A stretch of 63,543 nucleotides of DNA, counting the filler, from Octopus bimaculoides (lineage: Eukaryota): assembly GCF_001194135.2 (NCBI RefSeq). It is 6 parts of 5 records of this genome, joined end to end, with 100 filler letters (N's around TTAATTAATTAA, not from the genome) between each part and the next. Parts side by side here need not be neighbours in the genome. Positions count along the whole stretch, not along the records: positions 1 to 24,163 come from NC_068988.1; positions 24,264 to 45,520 come from NC_068986.1; 4 more parts are not named here. The stretch is one strand, 5' to 3'. The notes under the pieces were generated by a model, which was not told the DNA's origin, did not search any database, and worked only from the letters and a program-made list of their open reading frames with translations. Every line of letters starts with the position of its first letter. Within the stretch, counting starts at the first letter, position 1. The position numbers and the translations under genes are program-made. Shown here one piece after another: positions 13,625 through 26,957 of the stretch.

Positions 13625-14787
13625 GCTATGTGCATGTTTATTGGGATTATATACATGTTTTATTCTGTATGTGTTTAATACTGGATATTTCCTGTATATG
13701 TTTCTATATATAGCAAAATTCAATGATTTTATATTTGTAGATGTATATTTATTTGCATATTTAAAACTTTTGGCTGTATTCCTTCATGTTTGTATGTACG
13801 TATTCTGGCACAAACAAATGCCATATACTTTTGTTACGGTTTTGCTTCAAGTAAGTAGAAACAGTAGGAAGCCAATTATTTAATTATTTTTAACTGTTTT
13901 AGGCGATATTATTTAATTGCTTTGTCTGATATTTGTAATTATTAAATTGATCTGTAAAACATTAATAAGATTAAAATTACAATATATAGTCTGATATTTG
14001 TATAATTTTCTCCTTCCGGACCAAACGCGTCAACATATTTTATTTATGTTTCAATTAGAATATTTTCAGTTAAATAAATTCATTTATTAATGATATTTAT
14101 TCCTGCCTAGAGGCAATTTATTTTGCGATGTACAGTATTTGTCTGTTTAAATGTGAATATAATTTGTAGTGATTAAGTCTTATATAAAAAATTAAATATT
14201 GCAAGTAATAATTCCTAAAAGTCGATATAAATAAATACATTTTAAAATAACTAAATAAAGAGAAATCATAAAATGAACAACAATACCTTTCAAGAAGTAT
14301 TTAAAGTACTATCATATATTCAAAAAAACACTGTATTATGTTTCCTATAATATATAATATAATAGACAAAGAGAAGAAAGCATGTATCACATATCAATAG
14401 TTTTCTTGCAATATTTCTGAAATCACAATGGGATGTAATATCTCTAAGAATATTCTTCTTCTATGTCTCATTCGTTTTTCAGCTGTCTGACAAAATAATT
14501 AATAGCATCTGTTTGTGTGCGCGACGGCTCAGAAACAAAAATACATACGTGTGACTCTGTATATGTGACAGTTTACACACACACACACAGACACACACAC
14601 ACACACACACACACACACANNNNNNNNNNNNNNNNNNNNNNNNNNNNNNNNNNNNNNNNNNNNNNNNNNNNNNNNNNNNNNNNNNNNNNNNNNNNNNNNN
14701 NNNNNNNNNNNNNNNNNNNCATACCGACAAACAAGCACAGAGATACAGAGACAGACAGACAGACAGACAGCAGACAGACATAGCAAA

Positions 14788-14833
<46 letters not shown>

Positions 14834-15218
14834 TCCTCCAATCATTTGTTTTACCATCTATTTTCTTTCCGTATCATTTTCACTCACCGGTTCTTTAGTT
14901 TTATATCTATCTCTCTAAGAAGGTATAATTCTTCAAAATTCCATTTGATTATATCGTTGTCATATTATTTATTTCCATTTCTGTCATATTCTCCCTCTCT
15001 TTCTGACTCTCTCTCTCTCTTTCTTTCTCGCCCTCTGTTTCTCTCATTCTCTCCACTGCCTCTATCTTCTATTCGCTTACTGTTGAGATGCTACTTGTAT
15101 AGTATCATTTCTATTCAGAGTGACATACTGAAGATAATTTAACACACACACAGACACACACACAGATACACACACATACACGCAGACACACACACACAGA
15201 CACATACACACACATACA

Positions 15219-15277
<59 letters not shown>

Positions 15278-16939
15278 GTATCAAACTGATTTTAGCACTG
15301 CGCTTTTCTTTTCACGTAACCTGAAACAGCTGCGGGTCGATTTTTAGATTGATCAACTTAATAGATATCCTTATCTTAACGGATGAGACTTTTGTGTAAA
15401 TATATTGTGTATATTGTATCGTGTTTTATCGTTTGGCAGACAATTTTCCTTTTGATATATTTCGTTAAGGAATGGTTTATTCAATTATGCTTGTTCATTC
15501 ATTATTGGAAATAAAATGTTTTGCATTGCTTTTACAAAATATAGTTTAAGTATAAACGTGCGGGTTAGGAGATAACGCCAATAGCGGTACTAAACAGTCA
15601 GTAGATAACATCAACTTAGGCAGAAAACTAGAGTGTTATTTAATAAACTCAGGAAGAAATAGAGACAAATTTTGTGTCCACGATTTCGCCAAATGTCTTA
15701 AGACAGTTTTCCAACGTTTCAAAGATTTTGCCAATCGACCTTATTCTATGAAGTGGTAACTAATACCAGATCACACAACTTCCTAGGATTAATAATAATC
15801 ACTAAAGCCATACTTAAAGAAAAACGTCATTCTGAAATGTAGTTCTAGCAACGAAAAACCACGTGTTTGCCAACATCTGACGACTTTATTTTATATTTTA
15901 TACATTTATGCTATGAAGGCCGTCATGGGTTTAGTAACTGAACCATCAGCATTTGGAATCAATGAATAAGGTACTGGGAAACATTAGTGAAAACTTTGAT
16001 CAACGATGTCACTTAACTTCTTTTCCTCCAAAAATCTGCAGTGGTGTTACAATGTTAAAAAAACAAAGAACAAGAGCACTCAGACTGTGCAAATCTCCGC
16101 GGTTTCGCCAGTTTGTTTATATACGTTTATTGCTTTATCCATCAGGTAGAGATGCAAGTAAAATTAGTAAAAAGGAAACGAAAATAGAACTTTGGAAACA
16201 GCAACGCCACCATAGCTTACGTGAAAACACGAGCATGCTTTCAAGGAAGATAATCAGAGAAAAACTTGAACGTCTGTAAGAATATTTTATGTAAAGTAAA
16301 TATAACAAATGATCCAGAATCCTTGTGCAATACCGGATCGATCCCAAAATCTAATCAGTTCGTGCCAGATACAAGGCCAAATATCCCTGAAAGTTTCATT
16401 CGAACCCATCCAGTGGTTCTTGAGATATCTTGTCCTTGTCAAACAAACAAGCAAACGCGCTTGAAAACAATACTACCGCCGTAGCGAATGCGGCAGTAAT
16501 AATGAAAATAAGAGTTCACTTTCATTCATTTGGTGTTATAAAAATAAAGTGTAAAAGAGACCGAGGAAACACATTTCACCCCACACTCCTGTCCTTGTCT
16601 CTGCATTACAGAAATGTTGTCAGATTGTTAGTGAAAACATTAAGTTCACCGTAATTATAAAAGTACTAATGAGAAAATCATTAAGGGGACGTAAAATATC
16701 ATGCAGGAGTGAGCATGTTTAGATAAAATGTTAACGGATAATTAATGACCGGTTTATAGAATTTCTTAATTTTTATCTCAGTAAAAATCAATTGTTGCTT
16801 TCTGAAAATAAATTCTTGATTTAATTCGAAGATATCACAGATAAATATGGTAGAATTTGATGACTACGCATATACCATCACCATTCTTCTCTTCCTCTTC
16901 CTCCTTCTCATCATTATTCAATCGTTTTCGGTAGTTTTA

Positions 16940-18560
16940 TTTTTATCGCTTGCTTTCACTGCACTACCGAGCGCACCTCTGAGTGCATAGCTCTACGTCA
17001 TGCGGTATGTATTTGGTGTTATTTACAAAGTATTGAAAGTGCTTTATTAAGGATGTGTGCGGTGCAGAGTAGTGCTATTTTCTGTATGTTATATGTGTAT
17101 ATACATAAGTTCGTAAATTTATATCTTTTCTAGGATATGCTTAATACCATATTTTTTCTGTCGTCATTCCTTAGTATTGGCATAGCTTCCAGTGTAAGAA
17201 AAAGTCCCAACCCTTTCATGTCTGTGAATATATTCCATCTCAGCCATGACTGTGTAGCCAAAGGCGTGATTTAGTGTATCTTCCCCATCGCCGCATATTC
17301 TGCAGTTGATTATTATATTTTTTCATCGTGTTTCTGGTTGTTTCTGGTAGGTACGGCTTTGATCTTTGGCTGTAATTAAAAATTCTTCAGTGTTTGTTTT
17401 GAGTCCTCAGATTCTAAGCCATTATTACAATTTTAATTTGGGTTTCAGTTGTTTTACAGGTTTTGTTGTTTGTTATTTTTCTTCATAGTTATCAGGTACT
17501 CTGATTTCTTTCTTGTATTTTTCGGCTTCTTTAAATGACAGATTTTGTTTTGTTCGTGTAATGTGGTTATTTCTACCAGTTTCCTTGCTTCTAAGTTAGA
17601 CAGTTCTGTAATTCTATGATAGGTAGTTTATAGTCGTTCTCTAGTCGAATGAGTCCTGTACTACCTTCAATTTGTTGTTTATATAACCTTCCTTTGTCAT
17701 ATCTTGTGTGGTGTATTCTAAATCCCGTCCTCATTTTTCTTGTTTCTTCATTAGCTTGGTTGGTTGTAACTGCAACGTATATCTGCGGCAGCTACAGTAT
17801 TGGTACCTATTAACTTGTTTTTCAAATTAAGCTCCGTTTTAAATATGAATCTAATTCTTGGATAGTATTCCATCCTTCACTTCATTTTCCTTTGTGTGTA
17901 TTGTACTGTACCTAGTTCATTGATTCCTAATTATCTGTATGTCTTGTTTTGGCCTCGTTCTCTTATTTCATTTTCTTTATCTAGTGTGATATCGTTACTC
18001 TTAACTAGTTTTCCTCTTTTCAAGGTTACTTCAGCACATTTTACTAAGCCGAATTTCATTTTTATTTCTTTGGAAAATTCATACACTATTTGCAGTAATA
18101 ATTCTCGTTGTTTATCATTTGCAGCATGCAATTTTAGATTATCTGTATACAAGTAATGTTTGATTGTTTTACCGTAGCACTTGTATCCGCATCCAGTTTT
18201 CTTTGACGTATAAGTGCCAGGCAGTAAAGGGGTGGAGAGAGCGAAATTACTTAGACTATTCCACTTCTTCTAAAAGGGATATCTTGAGGTTTTATGATTT
18301 CCTCTTCAGTAGCATTCTTTGTCATTTATTCGCGGCATATATATTTTGTTATTGTTGCCTCTACCTTGTTCATGTCTAGTGTTTCCAAGATCCACCTGTT
18401 GAGAATACTGTGAAACGCATTTTGACAATCGTTTAAATCTATACTGGAATCCTTCTTTTTCTCTGAGCAGTCTAAGATATGACTTAAGACAATAACTGGT
18501 TTTTGCAAAACCATATGAACCTTTGCAGCATCACTTTTGCTCATCTGGAAAATGGCTATT
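16940..18560 (-). mobile_element. Degraded R4/Dong-like non-LTR retrotransposon, copy A (RT and post-RT)
   Basis: Minus-strand pieces IDLNDCQNAFHSILNRWILETL, YTDNLKL..EFSKEIKMKFGLVKCAEVTLKRGK, YRYLGI and RLYKQQIEGSTGLIRLE; many stops. Confidence 0.75.
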
Positions 18561-18899
18561 TCTTCTAGATCTTTGTTGATTCTCTGCGATAATTTGCAGT
18601 AAAGACTTAATAGCGTTTAAGGGGACATATTATGGGTCAGCCGTTTTTATAAGTATGCCATTTCAGTTGATTTGGGACGCAGGATGGTGTTCCTTTCTGT
18701 GAGCAATTCAAGGAGTTGTCTCTGGCTCTGGTTGCGTGTCATTGAATTTCTCAGGCAGTGACTTATGTAGCAATGCTAAATATTTTAGCTGACATCATCT
18801 TCACCATCATCATCATCGTCGTCGTCGTCGTTATCAACACCATTATTATTACTATTATCATTGTTATCACTATTATTATTATTTAATTGTCGTTGCGCA

Positions 18900-20290
18900 G
18901 CGTCTGACACTGGAGATGTACTACGGTGTCAGTTGTTCACTACCAGCGAAATAAGGTAACGCCCCGTATTTTTCGAGCACCATACGGAGTATTCGGGCGG
19001 TTCCAAGCAGTGCTATTTTCTGCAAGTACTCCACCCTTATTGCAGCCCCTACTTATTCCATGTACTTCACACATTTTTACTCACTGCTGCCAGGGCTCTG
19101 ACAATTTTTGGTGCTACTACCACCTTTGTCAACGACCGCAGCTGGTTATCCTCCCAAGCTAACCTGTCATATCTATCGAATTTTCTTTCTTCCATGTTGT
19201 CAGCTGGGCATGCTATATCTATGATCCAGCATCGTTTGCTTTCTTTCTCAATTAACACTATCTGTAGTATCCTATTATGTATCTCCTGGTTGCACTGAAT
19301 CTTAAAATCCCATACGATCTTTGCATTATCATTTTCTGTGAGGCCTGCGGGTTTATGTTCGTACGATTTTTTGCTGTGCCAAGTCCATACTTGTTGCAAA
19401 GTGTCCAATGGACAAACATTGCTGTGTTGTCATGACGTCTCGTATATGCTTTCTGGGCTAGTGGTCTATATTGACTGGTAATACGTCATTCGGTTTCACC
19501 TATTGTCCACTAATTCTGCACTTATCACTTTCTGATATGTAATCATTTCTGTATTTGATATAATTGGTTCTAAATGCCCGTTCTCGGGCAGAACAGGTTA
19601 GAGCCTCCGTTTCCGGTTGTAAATCACTTTTAGTCAACCATAGCCATCGTTTTTCTATGTCTGTCTTATCTTAAACTTCCCTATTATATTGTGCATGCAT
19701 TCTTATTCTTTATCCACCTATTTTCAGTTCTATTCATTCTCAAGTCCTTATACAGTGCTTTATGTTTGCAATCTACCATCCTACACAAGCCTGACCGAAT
19801 TACTGCCAATAATAGTGGTGCTGTGGCATTTTTAACATACCATGCTATATTGTTTTATTCTTCTCCAATGCTGTGTTCGCATCCAGTCAGTCCCCTTCCT
19901 CTTCTTTTTCTTGGTACATACAGTTTGTCGGTGTCTTTTTCTAGGTGGAGCATCCCATATCTAGTCAGCAACTTTCTGGTCTTTCTGTCTAAGCTGCTTA
20001 GTTCGTTTACTATCCATGCGATAACCTCTGCTCTCTATCTAAATAGTAAACCTACCCAGGAGGTGATAGCGTCAATCTTATCCCGTCCGTTTAATTTCGA
20101 CTTAAGGATGAGTCTCAGTTTGCACAAGTAATTTTTCTGTCATTTCTTTCTTCATCAATGTGTCAATTTCCAATATCCCCAAATACTTCTAGCCGGTCTT
20201 TCTTATTTCCTTCATAGCCTACCACGAGTGCTAGCCCGTCCATACATTTAATTTTGCCTCTCTTAAGGATTAACATATCACACTTTTTTT
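18900..20290 (-). mobile_element. Degraded R4/Dong-like non-LTR retrotransposon, copy B (end of RT to restriction-like endonuclease and 3' end)
   Basis: KYLGILE, DKLYVPRKRRGRGL, ENDNAKIVWDFKIQCNQEIHNR...CWIIDIACPAD (RLE motif); a TAA-rich tail follows on the minus strand. Confidence 0.8.
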
Positions 20291-21120
20291 CGGTTCTATA
20301 CAGTCTTGTCATTTCCACTTTCAATTCGGAGTGCTTGTGGTTTTTTTCAAACACTTTACTCACAACGTTCCTGTCATTTGGTATGGCTATATCTATGATT
20401 TGACAGTATTTGTCTCTCTTATTCAGTATGACAATATCCGACCGACGGTGTTCGATTACGTGATCCGTCTCAAAATCATAGTCCCAGAGTGTCGTTACTT
20501 TTCCATCTTCCTGCATAACTTTACTCGGGACATGTTCATACTAGTCCTCTGTTACTTCATATTAGTATTTACGGCATGAGAGCCAATGAAGATACACACA
20601 TATTTTATTGTGGCTGAGCTGGTATTGGTTTTGTGTAAGGCTCTCACGTCTATTTACCAAGTGGGTCATATTTTCCAACCTCTTTCCACAAAGTCTGCAT
20701 TTCTTGGTGCCAGAAGTATTTTTAGATGTTATACTTCACCGACTTGTTAACGAGAGCCTGATGTTGTGCAGCAATCATCAGGCTGTCGGTGGTAAGCTTC
20801 AAATCACATCGCTCAAGCCATGCCCACGATACTGCATTATGCTTAAACTCTAGTGTATTCTTTTGAAACTCTCCATGCATTCTCATTTCAAGAAGATTCT
20901 CTTTTCACTTCTCTTCAGCTGTTTGGTTAAAGTCTTCTTTGTCCAGCATTTCATCTGCATATTGCAGCAGATCTTCACTATTTATCGAATACTTGGCAAG
21001 CGTTCTCCTTTCACTCCTTATACAATGGTCCATACTAATTAATTCTCTGCCACCAATCTTTCTTTCATATACATTCTGTTTACGTTTACTTTAGGGTGTA
21101 GCGCCCCATGCACCATCATC
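20290..21120 (-). mobile_element. Degraded R4/Dong-like non-LTR retrotransposon, copy C (post-RT, zinc-knuckle region, RLE)
   Basis: HGALHPKVNVNRMYMKRKIGGRELI, MIAAQHQAL, LWDYDFETDHVIEHRRSDIVILNKRDKYCQIIDIAIPND. Confidence 0.8.
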
Positions 21121-21125
21121 AACTT

Positions 21126-21188
<63 letters not shown>

Positions 21189-21191
21189 CAT

Positions 21192-21247
<56 letters not shown>

Positions 21248-23724
21248 ATGGTAGTAATGGTGGCGGTGGTGGTTGTGGCTTTAGTAGGTGTAGTGTGTTA
21301 GTAGTTGTGTTGGTATTTGTGGCTGTGTTGGTTGTGGTGGGAAGCTTAGCTGTGATGCTAATGGAAATTATATTGTTTCTGCTAATAGCGTTGTTCTCGC
21401 AGTATAGTGAACGAAATTGTGGTGCTGATATAAAGCTTTTTAAAATTGTTTACAAGAAGAAATAGTACCATGACTCTCGTAGATTAATAAAGTGAATACG
21501 AACGATATAATTTATAGTACTTATCTACGTTTCGTTCCGCTTCATTGAAATCTAATCTGATTTGAAATGAGTTTAATATAAAATCTATCATTGTGTCTGC
21601 GATATATACCAAAAAGTTCCTATTTTAATACATATATTATCTATCTACAAGCTGTCAATTGCACAAAGGCACCAATGTTCCATCTCCTGTCTCGCCAAGT
21701 TTCTAGTTTAATCTGATCATGTATAATAAGAAAGGAAAAATATATTTATATTTGCTTTCCTATTACACACACACACACACACCGACAGGCAGCTGATAAT
21801 AAAAACAAACACACATGCCCACACATATTTATAAAAATAGACTCATACATCGGAATATAAACTTATATTAATACCAAAGCTAGAGAAATATATTTAATAA
21901 ATGCAGTTAAATATTACAATAACAAGACTGGAATTGTGTTTCCAATAGGTGTGCAATTCGAGTTTATCTTTCACGCTTTTTAAAATAACATTTCCCATTT
22001 ACTTTAAATTTGAAAATTTAAATGATGTTCTGAAAAGTTGCAACATAAAAATCGAATTAAATTTAGCAGCAATATTTAGCAGTTGCAAATACTTATGAAT
22101 CGCAACTAAGTTGTTAAGTTTTGATAGTCTGTATCTGCGTTGGAGACCAGTGGTTCAATGTTGGTTTAGACAGTCTGATTCCTAGCAGAAGGCACTATAC
22201 CAGCACAAACGTGATTCCCACAACAATTGATCATGTCAGCAAAGAAATCGACCATTCAGACAACTGGTAAACAGAATATGATAAGCGAGTTCTTTTTTGA
22301 ATCCCTTTTCTTGGACAAACAGAATCTATGCAGAATTTTTTTTTATCACCTACAGGCAATGAATTCTACCTGTCATGTAACTAGTTACAACCACGTACCT
22401 TCCTGTCTCACTATTGCTGTGAATATCTGTATAGCCGTCCGCAGTAGCAACATCATGCTTTATTAACGGTAAAGACATAAATATATATATTTTCATTTAA
22501 ACTCAACAGAATTTCTGTTCATTTTATCAAAATCTACTGAACAGCAAAATCGTATCAATGTTCACGCATCCTAATAGAAATAATAGCTAAACTTCCAGTA
22601 CTTGTCCGTTTTTCTCTCTATCTCTTTCCGTTTTTTTTTTCTGACTGCATCTCTGACAGTTTCTCTGTGTTCTTTCTTTCTCTTGTCCTCTCTTAATATA
22701 TGTGTGAATATATGTGTAAATGTTTCTAAATGTTTTGTGGTTTGATTAACAATCCAATGTACAATTTGAAAAAATATTTAAAACGTACAGTATGCGTACG
22801 GTACTGACGATTAATAAATCCGATATACATCGATATAAATACTGTTAGCAACATTACTAAAGATGCCATTATGTTAAACCTTATATACATCAGTCAACAA
22901 TCTGTGTAAATTTAAGTTTATGCATTTTCAATTATTGCAGTATCGTAGACAGTAAGACAATATATTTCTATCAAAATTGACATATCAATAATTATATTTG
23001 CCAATGACTGTATTATTTAATCAAATATCGATAGGTTCTGGTAGCTGTGTCTCCAATTAGCGACTCTTATATTAATAACATTAAGCACGCAAGGCATACT
23101 TAGACTTACTTTGGAAGTGATTAGGTGTTGGTAAGAGCACTTTTCATCACACCGAAAAAGTACTTATTTTGCGAAGTAAAAATCTTAATGAAATGCTCGC
23201 TGGGCGACAAATTTCATTAGCATAATCAAAGATTTACGAAAACCACAGCAGATATGATTCATCACATTGTCACCTATACATTACAGTAGATTTCGTTACT
23301 TGTAAAATGTATTCTTAAAGTAACCCTAACAACAGATGGCAGTATATAATTATAAAATCTATGCATCCTACATCAGACTTTAATGAGATAAATGCAGACA
23401 TAAAATCTTTCTTTGACAAGGAATCTCATAACATATAACAAGGTAGTGGTGACTCAGTAAATAACTTTCTTCCCCTAGATCAGTGGTTATGGACCCCTTT
23501 GATTGGTATTTTTCATGAACCCTCATACTTATTTACAAGTTAAAATATTCCGTATTATACTTTTATAGCTAAATATTATTAGGAACTGTACAAAAATTCT
23601 TTAAAAATATCTTATGTATTGTAGAAATATAACAAATATATAGAAATATAAAAAATATGAAAATAGTATTTAGTGGACAAGGCTCTTTTAAATGACATTT
23701 ATCCTCAATGTTATATTTAATTGA

Positions 23725-24163
23725 AATTTAATCACCATTATAGTTTCCCTGATTATCTATGACTTCCTTCCATCTATTTACAAGGTTTTTAGTCCCATCA
23801 ATGTAAAACTCTTTTGGTTTCAAATCGAAAAACTCTAAAATGCCAGTTACGACCTCCTCCTGGCTTGCGAAAGTTATGTCCCCCAAATTATTCTGTAAAC
23901 TACGAAACAAATGGTAGTCTGAAGGATCAAGATCGGGAGAATAAGGTGGATGAGGTTTTTTTTCCCAACCAAGCTTTTCGATCTTCTGTGATGCAATTTT
24001 GCTGTGTGGGGTCGCGCATTGTCCTGATGAAACATCATTTCTTTTCGATTCACTAAAGTGGGTCTTTGTTTCTTCAAAGCTTGGGTCAAACGCTCTAATC
24101 GCTGACAGTATACTTGAGCATTGATTGTTGCATTAGGTGGTAATAATTCAAAGTGAATTGCTC
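23725..24163 (-). mobile_element. Mariner transposase C-terminal fragment, cut by a gap
   Basis: RPTLVNRKEMMFHQDNARPHTAK...HPPYSPDLDPSDYHLFRSLQNNL...EFYIDGTKNLVNRWKEVIDNQGNY. Confidence 0.9.
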
Positions 24164-24207
24164 NNNNNNNNNNNNNNNNNNNNNNNNNNNNNNNNNNNNN
24201 NNNNNNN

Positions 24208-24219
24208 TTAATTAATTAA
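24208..24219. other. Assembly gap linker TTAATTAATTAA (also 45565, 51612, 58490, 62155)
   Basis: An identical palindromic 12-mer isolated between N runs five times; it encodes stops in all six frames. Confidence 0.9.
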
Positions 24220-24616
24220 NNNNNNNNNNNNNNNNNNNNNNNNNNNNNNNNNNNNNNNNNNNNTAGACGAGAAAACACACAAGCCACATAGAGAACATTC
24301 TTCTTCATCAGCTACCCCCGTTTTAACACCGGCGTTTCGAAGAGCTGGGCAGGACGCATCGTTAAAACGGCTCTTCCCATGGACTGCAAATTAAATTTGT
24401 ATACACAAATTAAATCTTGCCATGGAGGAATGTAGTGGCGGACAAAAAACAAGACAGGAAAACAAACAGAAAAGGCTTTACGGCCAGACGAGAAAAATTA
24501 TGTGTATGAACGCTGTGAGGCACGAACTTGAAAGTAGGGACGAAGTAAGTTCGCGTGTTTGCTCGGCGATAGCCAAGGAAGAAAAGGATTATTTCTCATC
24601 ACCAACCGGTGATTGT

Positions 24617-24661
24617 CATACGCTGATGACGGGTCAATACCCAGAAACTCGGGTCCGTGTG
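24617..24661 (+). ncRNA. Minimal type-I hammerhead ribozyme motif (family HH-1)
   Basis: CAUACG CUGAUGA c GGGU caau ACCC a GAAAC UCGG GUC CGUGUG. Same architecture as 229-275 with a different helix II loop; the flanks are homologous but diverged. Confidence 0.75.
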
Positions 24662-25234
24662 TATCACGTCAGGTTGGAGATTGGAAGGATGACTTCCCTT
24701 TGCAAAAACTGATAGGGCACAGGAAGTGTGTCAATAGCCAGCTGGAGAAGATGTCTTCCTGGAGCAACAAGCTACAGTAGCATTCACCCTTAAGAGTTAG
24801 CCACATATAAGTGGCAAATATACTTCACAATATATATATACCCACATACATACATACATACATACATACATACATACATNNNNNNNNNNNNNNNNNNNNN
24901 NNNNNNNNNNNNNNNNNNNNNNNNNNNNNNNNNNNNNNNNNNNNNNNNNNNNNNNNNNNNNNNNNNNNNNNNNNNNNNNGGGGTTTTTTTTTTTTTACTT
25001 AATAAAGATGGTTTATCCGATTTAGCGTAGAATTTGTAGAACCTGCCTTTAACATCTTTATCATCGCGTTTTCTTTTTCGAAACAAATACAGTCGCCATA
25101 TCGTGATTCACCTATTATTTAAGCTTATGTCGCTTCATCCGTGGTGTTGTTTTGCATTTATTATAAAATAAATATATACAAATTTATAAAAATAATTAAA
25201 AAAAAATAAAATACAGTACAGTACTGTTTCTACT

Positions 25235-25300
25235 TAGTAGATTTTCACCTATTGCGGTGGGTTTTGGAACATAACACCCGCGATAGTCGAAGAATTACTG
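25235..25300 (-). mobile_element. DNA transposon terminal repeat remnant (pogo/Tigger-like)
   Basis: Reverse complement begins CAGTAATTCTTCGACTATCGCGGGTGTTATGTTCC, resembling CAGT-starting TIRs. Confidence 0.3.
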
Positions 25301-25384
25301 AAGCCATCAGATTCTGGAATGGAAAGTGATAATAAATTTTCTTTAAAACTTTCTTCCACCCTTTTAATTTTCTTTGTCGTGTGC

Positions 25385-25830
25385 ACTCTATGTAAGTTAG
25401 ACCTATTAATATACGGATTTCCGAAACCACATTCCAAAAAGAGTGAACAAAGAAGCCATATTAGTCGGCTTTGATGTAGTCAGCCTCCTACACCAATATC
25501 CCCCGTAACATAGGACGAGAAGCAGTAGAGTTCTGGATACACAATCACCCACAAGGAATCGAAGAAAGATTCTCCAAGAAGTTCATACTTGAAGGGCTAC
25601 AGCTGGTATTAGAAAATAACTACTTTTTTTTTGACAACCAATACTACCTATATATACATGGGACTGCGATGGGTACCAGGGTAGCACCTACATTTGCTTC
25701 ACTAATAATGGTATATCTGGAAGAAAATATCTACTGCTTATCTCAGATTTCTTTTGGTCAAAACTTCCAATCATACCTAGTGGGAAACTGGAAAAGATAT
25801 TTGGATGACTGCTTTATATTCTGGAACATC
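25385..25830 (+). mobile_element. Penelope-like element reverse transcriptase fragment
   Basis: ILVGFDVVSL/YTNIP (one frameshift)...LVLENNYFFFDNQYYLYIHGTAMGTRVAPTFASL...WKRYLDDCFIFW. These are PLE-type RT motifs including GTAMG and YLDD. Confidence 0.85.
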
Positions 25831-26699
25831 TATAAAAGCAAAACCTACACACATCTTGTGAAATCTCTTCCCAAAGGTTAGTGTCTTTCGACTTTCTAAA
25901 AAGGTTATTTTCTCAATCTTAACTCTTTGAGAAAAAATCTAATTATACTAGAATTTGATATGTAAAAATATAAGTTGGTGAGCTCGCACACACATAGTGG
26001 TACACATCATATATATCTACAAAATGAAACTTGAAATTTCGATAAAATATTGTCACGTGTGTCAATAAGTATATGTGCATGCTCACTAGTTTGTCTTGTT
26101 ATACCAAATTCCGATATAATCGTAATTTACACACTCTGAAAGGTATTTGTAGCAAATTTAATTTTAAAATACGCATTTTCGTAAAATTATGAGGAAATAA
26201 ATTCGACTGGTGTAAATTTCCGGAAACTCCCCCACCCCCACCCTCGCAAAACTTTTTCATAACAAATTCCGATATAACTGGAATTGATGCCGTCTGAAGC
26301 GTATTTGTAGAAAATTTCATTGAAAAATATCAATATTTCAGAAAGTTATGAAGAAAAAAAGTTGGAGATGGGATGCACATTTGATGTTTCTGTTCCATTG
26401 TTTAGTTCCGTGTGATTTCACTTCAGCAAACGACATCGTTGTTGAACAAAATTTTAAAAGCATAAATCTTTCAGTTAATATTCTACAGCGATGTAATTAA
26501 TCTAAATTAATGTTGATTAAATTTATAGACTAGTCAACTACCACAAGAATTAACTAGCAATGTAGCAACCACGACAAAAATCGAGTTAAAAGAATAAAAG
26601 AGTGAAGCGGGTATCGCAGTTCGATGAGAAGTACGATTAATGATTTCTGAGTCAATACGATCGACTTAGAATTGGTATTTTATTGTATCGAACTTGCGA

Positions 26700-26872
26700 A
26701 TGCGAAAAAAAAAAAAAATCGGAATAAATTACGCACGGGAATCTCTCGTCCTTCCTCCCCTCCCCGACACTTCACCTTTCTATCAAGCTGCTGCTCTTAA
26801 GGGGAGCTAACTAGTGAACAGGAAACCTTACTGCGCCGACTCAGACAGCGTTGGTCTCTTTGCAGAACTAAG
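26700..26872 (+). promoter_or_regulatory. Probable promoter/5' UTR region of the subunit f gene
   Basis: Locally GC-richer, pyrimidine-rich stretch directly upstream of the ATG. TCTCTTTGCAG at about 26855-26865 could be a start-site motif or a splice acceptor. Confidence 0.4.
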
Positions 26873-26957
26873 ATGGGAGCTTCAATCGGGACCCTTCCAG
26901 CAGAATACAATGCTAAGATCCATGGACCTTATAATCCAGGCACTTATTATGGGCCAC
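26873..26957 (+). CDS. ATP5MF: ATP synthase subunit f coding exon 1 (MGASIGTLPAEYNAKIHGPYNPGTYYGP)
   Basis: ATG in context aactaagATGG; 28 codons + 1 nt; donor GTAAGT at 26958. Confidence 0.95.

Noticed and set aside
15953-16279. 108-aa plus-strand ORF
   Set aside because: TTG start, no splice context, and no family resemblance.
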